From the NCBI GenBank assembly GCA_030599585.1, contig JAUVNS010000007.1, positions 1-64,000 of the forward strand: 64,000 nucleotides of DNA, read 5' to 3'. The translations under genes were made by a program, and so were the position numbers. This DNA is from Promethearchaeota archaeon (GTDB lineage: Archaea; Asgardarchaeota; Lokiarchaeia; Sigyniarchaeales; SOKP01). How positions within the stretch are numbered: position 1 is the first letter of the stretch; every line of letters starts with the position of its first letter. Of the stretch, positions 48,601 through 57,603 are shown in pieces. The notes beneath the pieces are model-generated. The model searched no databases. It was not told the DNA's origin and was given only the letters and a program-made list of their open reading frames with translations.

Positions 48601-49517
48601 CCAGATTCATTATCTTCGCAATAAATGTCAATACCCAAAGTAATTGTAAATTGGTAATTATTAGTTTTAAATAAACTTGTTAAAATAGCAATTAAAATAT
48701 CTTGGGGGACAATATCTAATAAGGTATCACCATAACTGGGGATTGCAGGTGAATCTTGCCCTAAATCAACTGTTTGATTATAAGCTACTTCAAATTCAAA
48801 AGTGTTATCTGGATCAGAAATTAAAACATAAAATCTAGCATAATCTCCAGTTGAAAATTGCAATGGAGTATCACCAGGATCACCTGGACAATCAATTCCT
48901 CCATTCCACCAAGGGGATGTTGTAACAGTAGCATTAAAATAAGCTTCAACAGAAGCAGATGTAATAATATAATCTGACATATTTACTGGCATTGTTATAT
49001 TTCTTTTCCAATGAATACTAGGTGTATTATGAGTTTGACCCGCAGCTTCATTCTCATCCCAGAAATGATAAACATTCAAACCGGCAGAATCATTGAAAAA
49101 GTTATCAGGGTATCTTGGAAAACGTGGATTAGTAAAATTAGCCCAATCTAAATTTGGTGGATCTGCGACTAATTCAAATGTATTTGTTTCACCTAACACT
49201 TCGAAATTGGCTTGATCATTATCAGAAGTAGCGTTAACATCAGAAATATCTCCATCAGTTGTGTTATACCATGGAGTTATTGGAGTGGTAAATTCAGTAT
49301 TATCTAGCCATTCAATAGTATAAACATCTTGAACAATTCCTTGAGATTTGGGGTGAATATCTCTTAAATCATTATTATAACTATTTAATGTATCGATAGA
49401 TTGATACTCTACTAAGTTTGACATGAAAATAACTGATAGATTCCCAATAAAAATGAGAACCAAAAGTGCAATAACATATTTTGTCTTGGTCTTTTTATTA
49501 ATAAACATAATTCTCAC
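45657..49517 (-). CDS. large single-pass cell-surface glycoprotein with ~7 tandem Ig-like beta repeats
   Basis: N-terminal hydrophobic segment, many NxT/S sequons, ~100-aa repeats (LNIT..YKD...I.GA.VQL.G...LTE...Y.I.INT..LG.G.NFLTI.A.K.NY), C-terminal TM and basic tail. Probable start ATG 49508. Confidence 0.85.
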   Translation of the reverse strand: MRIMFINKKTKTKYVIALLVLIFIGNLSVIFMSNLVEYQSIDTLNSYNNDLRDIHPKSQGIVQDVYTIEWLDNTEFTTPITPWYNTTDGDISDVNATSDNDQANFEVLGETNTFELVADPPNLDWANFTNPRFPRYPDNFFNDSAGLNVYHFWDENEAAGQTHNTPSIHWKRNITMPVNMSDYIITSASVEAYFNATVTTSPWWNGGIDCPGDPGDTPLQFSTGDYARFYVLISDPDNTFEFEVAYNQTVDLGQDSPAIPSYGDTLLDIVPQDILIAILTSLFKTNNYQFTITLGIDIYCEDNESGVDRDRWDSLIFKYLNFTFTYKKKIDELTKISWNQIGNTISGSNIIINNATLNFKYKLDQNWTESSPNSEIRVLINDRQHSETIKLSSGNTTFQDAKIGGFDVSNLILKDENITLTIQVFLADTFPLEQKRIVSIDNASLVISYTENIVETETKTDIFLNSVNKTLEKSIEVTMGNPINITIIYKNQTNNNFIQNAAVQLVGLGSPKNLTENNPLEHYNITIQSSNLQIGNNFLTISASKKYYESISELINIKVIERNTELQLYLDSTNQTLDKSIEMIYGNDGNITITYKDIEQLPIHIDGATVELIGIGNPQNLTEDLSNDQYSIIINTTDLGLGNSFLTVNAFKENYTTQSIRFKIEVLERNSYMDNINLDGIETTSIEIPWNEILSISISYNDSLDNSFISGASVQLSGTGISENFTENSPIDYSLNINTALMALGINFLTISAIKENYTLSSRIISISVTERDTKVDVYLNGTLSSNFEFYNISIGEQLNITVFYKDLNTDSFIDSANVRLIESGTPTDLTESLIFNQYYITITADDLGVGVKFLTISAKTDNYTLTSEVITLIIDEKKTELLLFLNGSQYYNGETIQLEVTDMLNITVNYLDNLTKEYLGGADVDIIDKGYMTENALLEHYNITINIIDLNSTLNRIVIRAQVTNYQTALIEFFIQIIERGSTGALFINELNKTLDPYIELTIGSLLNLTIKYSDIRAENHISGAIVQLNGDLAGLLSESIALEQYSIIINTTDLGVGLGILTLIAEKANFELFLIQKIYVSVVRIRTNITGESNRVIRPGESVTLNIVINNLDFGGTVKGAIVTYRWAHGNGVLTDDNNDGIYTVTLTNIQEGSFTLTINAYKGEDYDFTSYEIVISANIPKEDLLLFQLLSIIGGITAAALLTYLYLYQKIFKFPKPVRKVRKYSKTLRKTKSPGVDITAREKAFKVKYQGEIAKNAKLLKGKPAKVTPKPDKILKEPIESSD

Positions 49518-49773
49518 CCTTCTACTAGATGTAGATAATTTTTATAATTTGGACTTAATAAATTCTGTAAGGAAATACTTATTTATAATATATTTTAACA
49601 TTTAATACTTAGTCTAGATAAAATTAATGTCATTGAATTTAAAGCAAAGAAAAATTAAATCAGAATTTTCAGAGTTGCCTCTTTTTGTATCAGATAGGAA
49701 AGGACTTTTATAAATAATTTATATCTTTCATAAATAAAAGATATGAAATTGAAGAAAATAAAAAGGAAATTTA

Positions 49774-51417
49774 TTATTTTGGCAATAGATCCTCTTTTTT
49801 GTCGAGCAATTTATCTCTCAATATTTTTCCATTTTTCGGAGCGCCTTTTAAAAGCTTTTCAGTCTTTTTTAACTCTTGATGATAATCCCTACTGAATGAT
49901 GTTTTTTGACTTACAATACCAACACCAGGAGTTTTATCATTAGATAATGATTTTCTATACTTTCTCACTTTTCTAACAGGAACAGGATATTTTAAATATG
50001 TTTGGTAAGCAATTAGGTAAGCAGCTAAAACTCCAGCACCGATTACTGAAATAATGAATAATCCTGTAAATATCCAAGGTTCTGGTATAACATCTGTGAA
50101 AGTTTCAATATAAGAAATCAAAAGCGTAGCATTTGTGATTGAAACTGTAATTAAATTCTCTAAACCAAACTCATCTGCTAAATAAACTTGAATCGAAAGG
50201 CTGATATTAACATCTTTTAATATCAAAGGTGTCACATCATATCCTCCGATTTTGGCTTTTTGGAAAGAATCTGTAACTGTACTAAGTTTTATTGTTTCAG
50301 TATGAAGGTTATTGTTGATTAAAACTCTTAATTCAGAGTTAGGAGACGAGCTTGTCCAATTTTGATCTATTTTATATTCAAATTGTAGGTTTCCCCCCAT
50401 GATCAACTTGTTTGGACCACTAATAGATTCCCCTACTTGGTTCCATGATACTGATGTAAACTGATCAATTTTTTTTCTATACGCGAATGTAAAGTTCAAC
50501 GATCTAATGATTAGAGAATCCCACCTGTCCCTATCCACTCCTGATTCGTTATCTTCACAATAGATATCAATTCCTAAAGTGATGGTAAAATTAAAATTAT
50601 TTTCTTTAAAAATCGCCGTAAGGTAAGCAATCAAAACTTCTTGAGGAACGGGTACCATTAATGTATCAGGATAGCTAGGAACAGCTGGAGAATCTTGCCC
50701 TAAATTAATTGTTTGATTATAAGCAATTTCATACTCATAAGTATTATCGGGATCTGATATAAGAACATAAAATCTTGCATAATCACCAGTAGAAAATTGT
50801 AAAGGAGTATCTCCTGGATCTCCGGGACAATCTATGCCCCCCGTACTATATGGTGATACTGTTACAGTTGCATTAAATGTTGCTTGAACTGAAGCAGATG
50901 TAATTATGTAATCAGACATATTTACTGGCATAGTAAAACCCCTTTGCCAATGAACGCTAGGGGTATTATGTGTCTGTCCAGCAGATTCAGCTTCATCCCA
51001 AAAATGAAACACATTTAATCCCGCTGAATCAGTAAAATTGCTATCTGGGAATCTCGGGAAACGCGGATTATTAACAGCTGTCCAATTTCCATCAGGAGGA
51101 TCTGCTACTACTTCAAATATGAAATCTTCCCCTAATATTGCCATATTTGCTTGATTTGTACCGGTGCTAGTATCAACATCTGAGGTGTCTCCTATGATAT
51201 TGGAAAACCACGTAGGTTCAATTGGATCTTCAAATGTCGGATTTTCGAGCCAAAGCTCATTCAGATATTCTATCGTCCCAGAAGTCTTAGGATTTATGCT
51301 AGTTTCACGATTTAATTGACTAAAAGAATTCAAACTTGGAAACGCAATGCTGACAATAATGATGGCAAGTATAACGTACAAAAACCATCGCTTATTTAAT
51401 TTGAGTAATATTCGCAT
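49774..51417 (-). CDS. single-pass cell-surface glycoprotein, repeat-less paralog of 45657-49517
   Basis: Shares GGIDCPGDPGDTPLQFSTGDYARFYVLISDPDNT, LGIDIYCEDNESGVDRDRWDSLI and the tail PVRKVRKY with the larger paralog. Confidence 0.85.
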   Translation of the reverse strand: MRILLKLNKRWFLYVILAIIIVSIAFPSLNSFSQLNRETSINPKTSGTIEYLNELWLENPTFEDPIEPTWFSNIIGDTSDVDTSTGTNQANMAILGEDFIFEVVADPPDGNWTAVNNPRFPRFPDSNFTDSAGLNVFHFWDEAESAGQTHNTPSVHWQRGFTMPVNMSDYIITSASVQATFNATVTVSPYSTGGIDCPGDPGDTPLQFSTGDYARFYVLISDPDNTYEYEIAYNQTINLGQDSPAVPSYPDTLMVPVPQEVLIAYLTAIFKENNFNFTITLGIDIYCEDNESGVDRDRWDSLIIRSLNFTFAYRKKIDQFTSVSWNQVGESISGPNKLIMGGNLQFEYKIDQNWTSSSPNSELRVLINNNLHTETIKLSTVTDSFQKAKIGGYDVTPLILKDVNISLSIQVYLADEFGLENLITVSITNATLLISYIETFTDVIPEPWIFTGLFIISVIGAGVLAAYLIAYQTYLKYPVPVRKVRKYRKSLSNDKTPGVGIVSQKTSFSRDYHQELKKTEKLLKGAPKNGKILRDKLLDKKEDLLPK

Positions 51418-51635
51418 GATTTATTGGGTTTTCAAATTTAATATATATTAGGTATAAATAAGGCTAGTTATACTTATAATTGTTGAGAATATGAAAAATA
51501 AAATTCAATATATTCTTTTTATAATCTAGTATTGATTAAATTTATTTAAACAAATTACTTAAAACTTAATTATAGATTTAATTATAGATATTTTAATTAA
51601 TTACTCAAGTATTATAAAAATAGAGGCAAAAAAAA

Positions 51636-52892
51636 ATGATTCAAGGAATTTTGACTTTTAAGTTTAATCTAAATCAGAATGAGACTACTGGAGAGATAAA
51701 TCCTGAATTTAGTCCTATTCAATTAGTCTTTTCGAACAAAAAATTCGAGGAAAATGATTTTTCAGGACTAATCATAGAAAATGATATCTTTGCTAATTTT
51801 TATCAGCATACCGTAGGCATTTTAAATCCGAAATATGGATTTAGTAATTATTATACCGGTCACCTGAAAGAAACACCCTACCAAGTGTATTCATACTTCA
51901 AGCAATTAGCTGATGGCACTCAATATTTAACAATATCAATGTTTGAATTAGATGATGAAATTGAGCTATTTGAAGACTTAATAAAAGATATGGCTAAAAG
52001 ATTAGATACCATTTACGATAAATTAACTAAAGCTTCAAATACAAGACAACTAGATTTAATATCTAACGTTAACATCCGTCTTAAAAATGAATTAAAGTAT
52101 ACGATTTTTCAAATTGAACGCTTAAGCCAATTAGATAAGCTTCAAAAAGTAGCATTAATCTACAATAGTAACGAAAGGCTAAAAATTCTGGATGTTCTAA
52201 GGGAAAGACCTTTGGCTAAAAGCGAAATGAAGACTACCATCGAGAATCTGAAGCCTACTGCAAATATTGACATTTTATTGCGTCCCTTCTTAGAGCTCAA
52301 TTTAATTAGGCGCGATTGGATAAAAGGAGAGAAGGATAGAAAAACAGGAGTAATAACTAATCAAGGCGAATACATATTTTTAGTTAAAGATATCCTGTTC
52401 GCACGCGTTCCAAATCAAAATCTTCTTAAACATTTTAAGGAGACTAACAACGATCTCTTGCCGCTTTTTAAACAAAAGTCTTTAGATTTCTTCAACAATT
52501 ACGATCCTTATGATGAACCTTTTGAGAATACACAAAAATTAGCGGCAATATTATTAAACCCAGATGTATATGATTTCTTCATCTTAATGCGCTCAAACCA
52601 TTATCCACTAGATAAAATACCGAAAATCTTTTCAGAATTCGCCGTTACGGAGATACTGCTTGACAACCTGAAGAAATTGAATGTCATTACCGAGATTAAA
52701 GACCAAAACAAAAGGAGTTGGATTTGCTTACTTACGGATATTAAACCTTTAACCATTTTTCCAGAATATATACTGCCCAAGATAAGAGAAGCTTATAGAA
52801 AAGAAGATGAAGAAGGTAAAATAACGTATGAAATCGCAAAAAAAGCTTTAAATTTATTAGAAGTATCATTTCCAGAAAAAGTTACTTTTTAA
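51636..52892 (+). CDS. hypothetical protein: putative longin-like N-domain plus winged-helix domains
   Basis: Beta/alpha N-terminal region; RLKILDVLRERPLAKSEM...IDILLRPFLELNLIRRDW is wHTH-like; a second wHTH-like segment follows. Confidence 0.6.
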   Translation: MIQGILTFKFNLNQNETTGEINPEFSPIQLVFSNKKFEENDFSGLIIENDIFANFYQHTVGILNPKYGFSNYYTGHLKETPYQVYSYFKQLADGTQYLTISMFELDDEIELFEDLIKDMAKRLDTIYDKLTKASNTRQLDLISNVNIRLKNELKYTIFQIERLSQLDKLQKVALIYNSNERLKILDVLRERPLAKSEMKTTIENLKPTANIDILLRPFLELNLIRRDWIKGEKDRKTGVITNQGEYIFLVKDILFARVPNQNLLKHFKETNNDLLPLFKQKSLDFFNNYDPYDEPFENTQKLAAILLNPDVYDFFILMRSNHYPLDKIPKIFSEFAVTEILLDNLKKLNVITEIKDQNKRSWICLLTDIKPLTIFPEYILPKIREAYRKEDEEGKITYEIAKKALNLLEVSFPEKVTF

Positions 52893-52925
52893 ATTTGAAA
52901 TAATATTGAAAGAGATGAATAATAA

Positions 52926-55157
52926 ATGTATTTATTTAAAGAAAAGGACGAAGTTGAAGTTTCATATACCTGTAAATTGTGTTTAAAAGAAATTCCTTTC
53001 AAAATAACTAAAAAGGAATATCAAGAAGTTACCAGATTTCCTATAACCAAGCAATTGACGCACGGAGACCCTGCGCACAAATTAATAGTTAATTTTAATC
53101 AATATTTAGAAGTTGAAAATTTTGAAATTGAAGAAATCCTTCAGAAGGAAGAAGTAACTTATTCAGAAGAACTCACAAAGCAAGTTTTAAGTGAGATCGA
53201 TCTTACGGATGACGAGATTGAACTCTATTTCAGAATTACAGGTCGTGAAGCAGTGAGTATTGGTGAAATCGCAATACTTACTGGTAAGACCAAAGCAGTG
53301 TGTAAGGAAATTGCTGATAAATTCGTTCAAAAGGGATTGTTTAAGGAGATTGTTGGGGCACAACCGCATTATAGTGCTTTACCCCCATATGCGGCGTTAG
53401 TAAGCCAATTACGAAAATTCCATCAATATATCTCTGATATTAAAAAGAGCATACCTACGCAGTTAGAAAAATCTTTTAAAGAGTTAGAATCTGAAACTGG
53501 AAAGGTCGAAGTAAAGCCAAAAGCAGTTCCCACAGAACTAATGTCAGAATTAAAAAATAACATGTTAACTCAAATTCGTACACAAAAGAAAGAATTTGAC
53601 GATACGCTAGCAGTTATGGATCAAATTAGAGGCATCACTGACGACATAACAAACATTGAAGGTTATACTGAAACCGTTATGGGTGGTCAAATGGGAAACC
53701 TTAAGAAGCAATTTGAAGATATTAATATCAAAACGTCTCAAATCATTAAAGGACAAATAAACGACTTGAAAAGCGAATTTGAGAATATTAAGACAACTGT
53801 TTCTAAAAATTTACAAAAATTACGCTTAGGAGTAATCCAACAAACTGTAGACCAAGTAATCGATAAAGTAATGAACGCAAAAATAAAAGATATTTCTGAT
53901 AACATAAATGTTCAATTGAGCGTAAGCCAAGTGGCTTTTACAGATGAATTGAAAAAAGTTGCTCAAGGTGTGGACTCAGAACTAATTACAAAATTAAAAG
54001 CGTCTTTAAAAGATACTCTTAAAAATATCGATGGTCTGAGTTCAAAAGCTAAAGATGAGGAAAAAATATACGATGATATAACGGAGAATTTTAATAAAGC
54101 TGTAAGAATGGCGGAAGAGAAAATTGAAGGAATCTCTGGAACTACTTTTGAGTCTTTAGGGACGTTAAAGAATGTGTTTTCCGATCAAATTGTTGCCACA
54201 CTAGATAACACTTTGGATGACATTTTAGGTAAACTCGAAAGGTCCGAAAAGGTAACTAATGAATTCTGGCAACAAGCAAAAACCGGAAAATCAATTACAA
54301 TGAAAGATATCTGGTTCATAAGATCGCCTGAGGCCGCAAAAGCACACATAGACGATGAAATTTCAAAAGCCAAAATGAGAATTTTACTTGTAGCGCCTCA
54401 AATTAGCGACATTAATATTAAAGCGATCATGGAACGCCCTTCGAGAATCAACTTCAGAATTACAGCTAACATAGATTTTTCAAACTCTGAACATGTCGCT
54501 ATAGTAGAACAATTAGATAAGATGGATAATGTAGATTATCGACATAGAGCACTACAAAACTTATGGGGAATTAATAGAGATTACGAAGAAGTAATAGTGT
54601 GTGTCTTATCCAAGGCAGAAGTGCGGGGAGAATCAATCACAGAAATTGCAGGGATCGGGAGTATAATAGAAGAACACATCAAAATATTCGTTCCCATCTT
54701 AGAAGAATCTTGGATGAGTTCGAGAAAAGAAGTAATGCATTCTATTAAATCAAACATAGAAAGAGAGATTTCAACACCAAAACCTCAAACAAGTGTAGAA
54801 CTCAAAAAAGAAGAACAGAAAGAAAGAGCAAGGTTAAAACCCCAAGTTCAAATCCCAAAAGTCATGGTCCCACAGGAATCGCTAACTACAGAAAAACCAG
54901 CTGGAAAAGAATCATTATTAACAAAACAATTTAATTTGATCTTCGAAAATTTAGACTCTTTAATGGGTTTAGAGATATCTTCAGCTCTTGAGAAATTTCA
55001 AAGCGAATACATCAAAGACAAAGGTTACAACAGCGTTTTAAAGAACATACATAACACCAGCACGACTTTGAAGAGCAAAACTTATGTGCTGAGTCAACCA
55101 GAGAAAGATGACTTAAAACAAAAAATGAATTTTTGGAGAACTAAACTAGATCTTTAA
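52926..55157 (+). CDS. multidomain TrmB-like protein: CxxC/HxxxxH domain, wHTH, long coiled coil, PLD-like (TrmB effector) domain, helical C-terminal bundle
   Basis: CKLC...HGDPAH; LTDDEIELY...SIGEIA.LTG...KGLF...YSALPP (TrmB HTH); AKMRILLVAP...RD.EEV. Confidence 0.7.
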   Translation: MYLFKEKDEVEVSYTCKLCLKEIPFKITKKEYQEVTRFPITKQLTHGDPAHKLIVNFNQYLEVENFEIEEILQKEEVTYSEELTKQVLSEIDLTDDEIELYFRITGREAVSIGEIAILTGKTKAVCKEIADKFVQKGLFKEIVGAQPHYSALPPYAALVSQLRKFHQYISDIKKSIPTQLEKSFKELESETGKVEVKPKAVPTELMSELKNNMLTQIRTQKKEFDDTLAVMDQIRGITDDITNIEGYTETVMGGQMGNLKKQFEDINIKTSQIIKGQINDLKSEFENIKTTVSKNLQKLRLGVIQQTVDQVIDKVMNAKIKDISDNINVQLSVSQVAFTDELKKVAQGVDSELITKLKASLKDTLKNIDGLSSKAKDEEKIYDDITENFNKAVRMAEEKIEGISGTTFESLGTLKNVFSDQIVATLDNTLDDILGKLERSEKVTNEFWQQAKTGKSITMKDIWFIRSPEAAKAHIDDEISKAKMRILLVAPQISDINIKAIMERPSRINFRITANIDFSNSEHVAIVEQLDKMDNVDYRHRALQNLWGINRDYEEVIVCVLSKAEVRGESITEIAGIGSIIEEHIKIFVPILEESWMSSRKEVMHSIKSNIEREISTPKPQTSVELKKEEQKERARLKPQVQIPKVMVPQESLTTEKPAGKESLLTKQFNLIFENLDSLMGLEISSALEKFQSEYIKDKGYNSVLKNIHNTSTTLKSKTYVLSQPEKDDLKQKMNFWRTKLDL

Positions 55158-55278
55158 TTTCCTAATAACTTCTTAAATTACATATTTTTTATCTATTCCT
55201 TATTTTTTAATCATAAAGTAGCCCTACTTCGTTAACAACCTAGAAATTAAACTTATCATCGTAAACAATATAATTATT

Positions 55279-56298
55279 ATGCTATTTCTTCTTTTTTTTT
55301 GTATGGTAGAAAACTTCATCACCATCGAAACTGGAAAAATTAACGATTATATTTACCATATAGATGTTCGGGCTTATGGTGCGCCAAGAATGCTCTCTGT
55401 TTTTGTTGCCCAATTTGACGACTCGAGCGTGTTGATTGATTGTGGGTCGTCATTAGACACAAAGAAATTAATTCGGTTTTTAAAAAAACTGAATATCGAC
55501 TTATCTTCGTTTAAATACATCACCACAACTCATCACCATTTTGATCATAACGGTGGACTATGGCAGTTTTACGAGATCTTAAAGGATTACAACCCAGAAG
55601 TTAAAATCCTTACAAACCAAAAAACTAAAGAATTACTTAACGATTACGAAGAACATTTGGCTCGTGGAAAGCGAACTTATGGCAATTTAATAGGTTCGAT
55701 GAATCCTATTGAGGAAAACGCCTTTCAATTAGTAGATCCTAGCATGAACTTCAATCCAGAGGTAAATGAGCTTGATTTTATTGATTCTTTTATGGTTAAT
55801 GGGTCAGAAGTTAAATTTGGTATATTAAAAACTCCGGGACACACTCCAGACCACCAGTGTCCTATATTTGCAAAAGATAATTTAATTGACTTTATACAAC
55901 TGGGAGAAAGCGTAGGGACAATTTACCACTCCTCAGCATTAATAACTATGCCAACATCTATGCCTACATATTACAATCATAAAGAATATATGGCAACTTT
56001 AAGAAACCTTAAGAACTTATTTCCTTCCAAAGCTGGTTTTGGTCATTTTGGAGTTATTAATGGAAAAGAAAACGTTCGGAAGATACTAATAGAGCATGAA
56101 TCTTTTATGAAAGAATTTAGAGAAGCAATAATCAAATTTTACAGTAAAAAACCAGAAACAAGATATGTACTCGAGCAAATCATGCCAATGTTAATCCAAA
56201 GAACCGATTTAGCAATTGATGATAATCCTGTTTTTAACGGTATTGCATTAGGTATAGTCTATGGTATGATGATGGATTTAGGTTATCGCAAAGAATAA
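55279..56298 (+). CDS. MBL-fold metallo-hydrolase
   Basis: LIDCG, THHHFDHNGG, TPGHTPDH, FGHFG; start may be ATG 55303. Confidence 0.9.
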   Translation: MLFLLFFCMVENFITIETGKINDYIYHIDVRAYGAPRMLSVFVAQFDDSSVLIDCGSSLDTKKLIRFLKKLNIDLSSFKYITTTHHHFDHNGGLWQFYEILKDYNPEVKILTNQKTKELLNDYEEHLARGKRTYGNLIGSMNPIEENAFQLVDPSMNFNPEVNELDFIDSFMVNGSEVKFGILKTPGHTPDHQCPIFAKDNLIDFIQLGESVGTIYHSSALITMPTSMPTYYNHKEYMATLRNLKNLFPSKAGFGHFGVINGKENVRKILIEHESFMKEFREAIIKFYSKKPETRYVLEQIMPMLIQRTDLAIDDNPVFNGIALGIVYGMMMDLGYRKE

Positions 56299-56349
56299 TT
56301 ATTTTCTTTTTCAAAACATTCTAATTTATTATAAACATTCCTTCTTATA

Positions 56350-57555
56350 ATGCAAGAGAGAAGTTTCGATCGTTATGATGTTTGTATTGTTGGCGCCAGT
56401 ATTGCAGGAAATTATTTAACTTATTTATTATCTAAATCAAATTTGAAGATTGTAGTGCTTGAAGACCATAAAGAGATCGGTTTACCATTTCAATGCGCTG
56501 GAATTATCTCTCAAAAATTAAGCAAGTTAATTGATTTACCTGAGGAAATCGTATTAAATAGAGTTAACACCGCAAAACTTGTTAGTCCCTCTGGTAACTT
56601 TATTAAACTCGCAGGAAACGAACGTCCATATGTTACTGATAGAATTAAACTCGATCGACTATTCTACAACGAGGTTAAAGACAATCCAAATATCACTTAT
56701 TATCTTGCCGAAAAATATAAATCGTTTGAATATCTCATCGAGGACGATAAGATCTATTTATTGATTGAAACATCTAAAAGAAATATTATTGCTAAGATGC
56801 TAATAGGGTGTGACGGACCTCTCTCATTAGTAGGAAAGCAATTAAATGTTAAAAATAACGTAATTTTCGCCTCTCAAATTAGGGTTAAAGCTAATTTCTT
56901 TAACCATGAAGCAGCTATGTATTTTAATCCTCAGTGGAAGCAATTATTTGGATGGATTGTGCCCGAGGGTAATCAAATCTACCGTATTGGTATTGCTTCT
57001 GCTAAAAATCTGAATACAAGTTTTAAACGCTTCTTGAATGAGTTAAGCGTTGACATGAAGGATAAAATAGATCAGCAAGGCGGTATTATTCCTTATGGTG
57101 TAATGAACAAGCTAGCTTTTGATAACATATTATTATTAGGCGATGCCGCAGGACAAGTAAAAGCTACTACTGGAGGGGGTATTGTCATGCTTTTAACTGC
57201 TGCAAAATACGCATCGAATTGTATTCATCGATGTTTTAAAGAAGAAAATTTTTCTAAGAGGATAATTAAAAAATATTATGAAAGGCCTTGTTCGCAAACA
57301 ATCGGTAGAGAATTGAAGCTCCATTTTATTATAAGGCTTATTTTAGAGAACTTTACTACACGCGATTTTGAAATTTTCTTTAAAATAATAAAAGAGAATA
57401 AGATTGAGCACTTGATTACATTCTATGGAGATATGGATTTTCCAAAATCATTAGTATTTAAACTACTGCGTAATCGAACTGTTCTAAGTTTCATGTTCAA
57501 GTTTTTTATAAAAAATCCAGTAATAATCTTTAAAATTCTAAAATTATTTATCTAA
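56350..57555 (+). CDS. geranylgeranyl reductase family FAD-dependent oxidoreductase
   Basis: DVCIVGA..AG, IGLP.QCAG, DR..LD, IGCDG..S, FGWIVP, LLGDAAGQVK.TTGGGI. Confidence 0.88.
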   Translation: MQERSFDRYDVCIVGASIAGNYLTYLLSKSNLKIVVLEDHKEIGLPFQCAGIISQKLSKLIDLPEEIVLNRVNTAKLVSPSGNFIKLAGNERPYVTDRIKLDRLFYNEVKDNPNITYYLAEKYKSFEYLIEDDKIYLLIETSKRNIIAKMLIGCDGPLSLVGKQLNVKNNVIFASQIRVKANFFNHEAAMYFNPQWKQLFGWIVPEGNQIYRIGIASAKNLNTSFKRFLNELSVDMKDKIDQQGGIIPYGVMNKLAFDNILLLGDAAGQVKATTGGGIVMLLTAAKYASNCIHRCFKEENFSKRIIKKYYERPCSQTIGRELKLHFIIRLILENFTTRDFEIFFKIIKENKIEHLITFYGDMDFPKSLVFKLLRNRTVLSFMFKFFIKNPVIIFKILKLFI

Positions 57556-57603
57556 AACTAATATCTAAGTTTCTTTTGTTTTACAGAAATAGGTGAAAAA
57601 AAA

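Noticed and set aside
48165-51260. Similarity between the two surface-protein genes as a diversity-generating retroelement (TR/VR) or an assembly duplicate
   Set aside because: Differences are spread over synonymous positions of all bases rather than being adenine-specific, no reverse transcriptase is present, and both ORFs are intact. This is ordinary paralogy.
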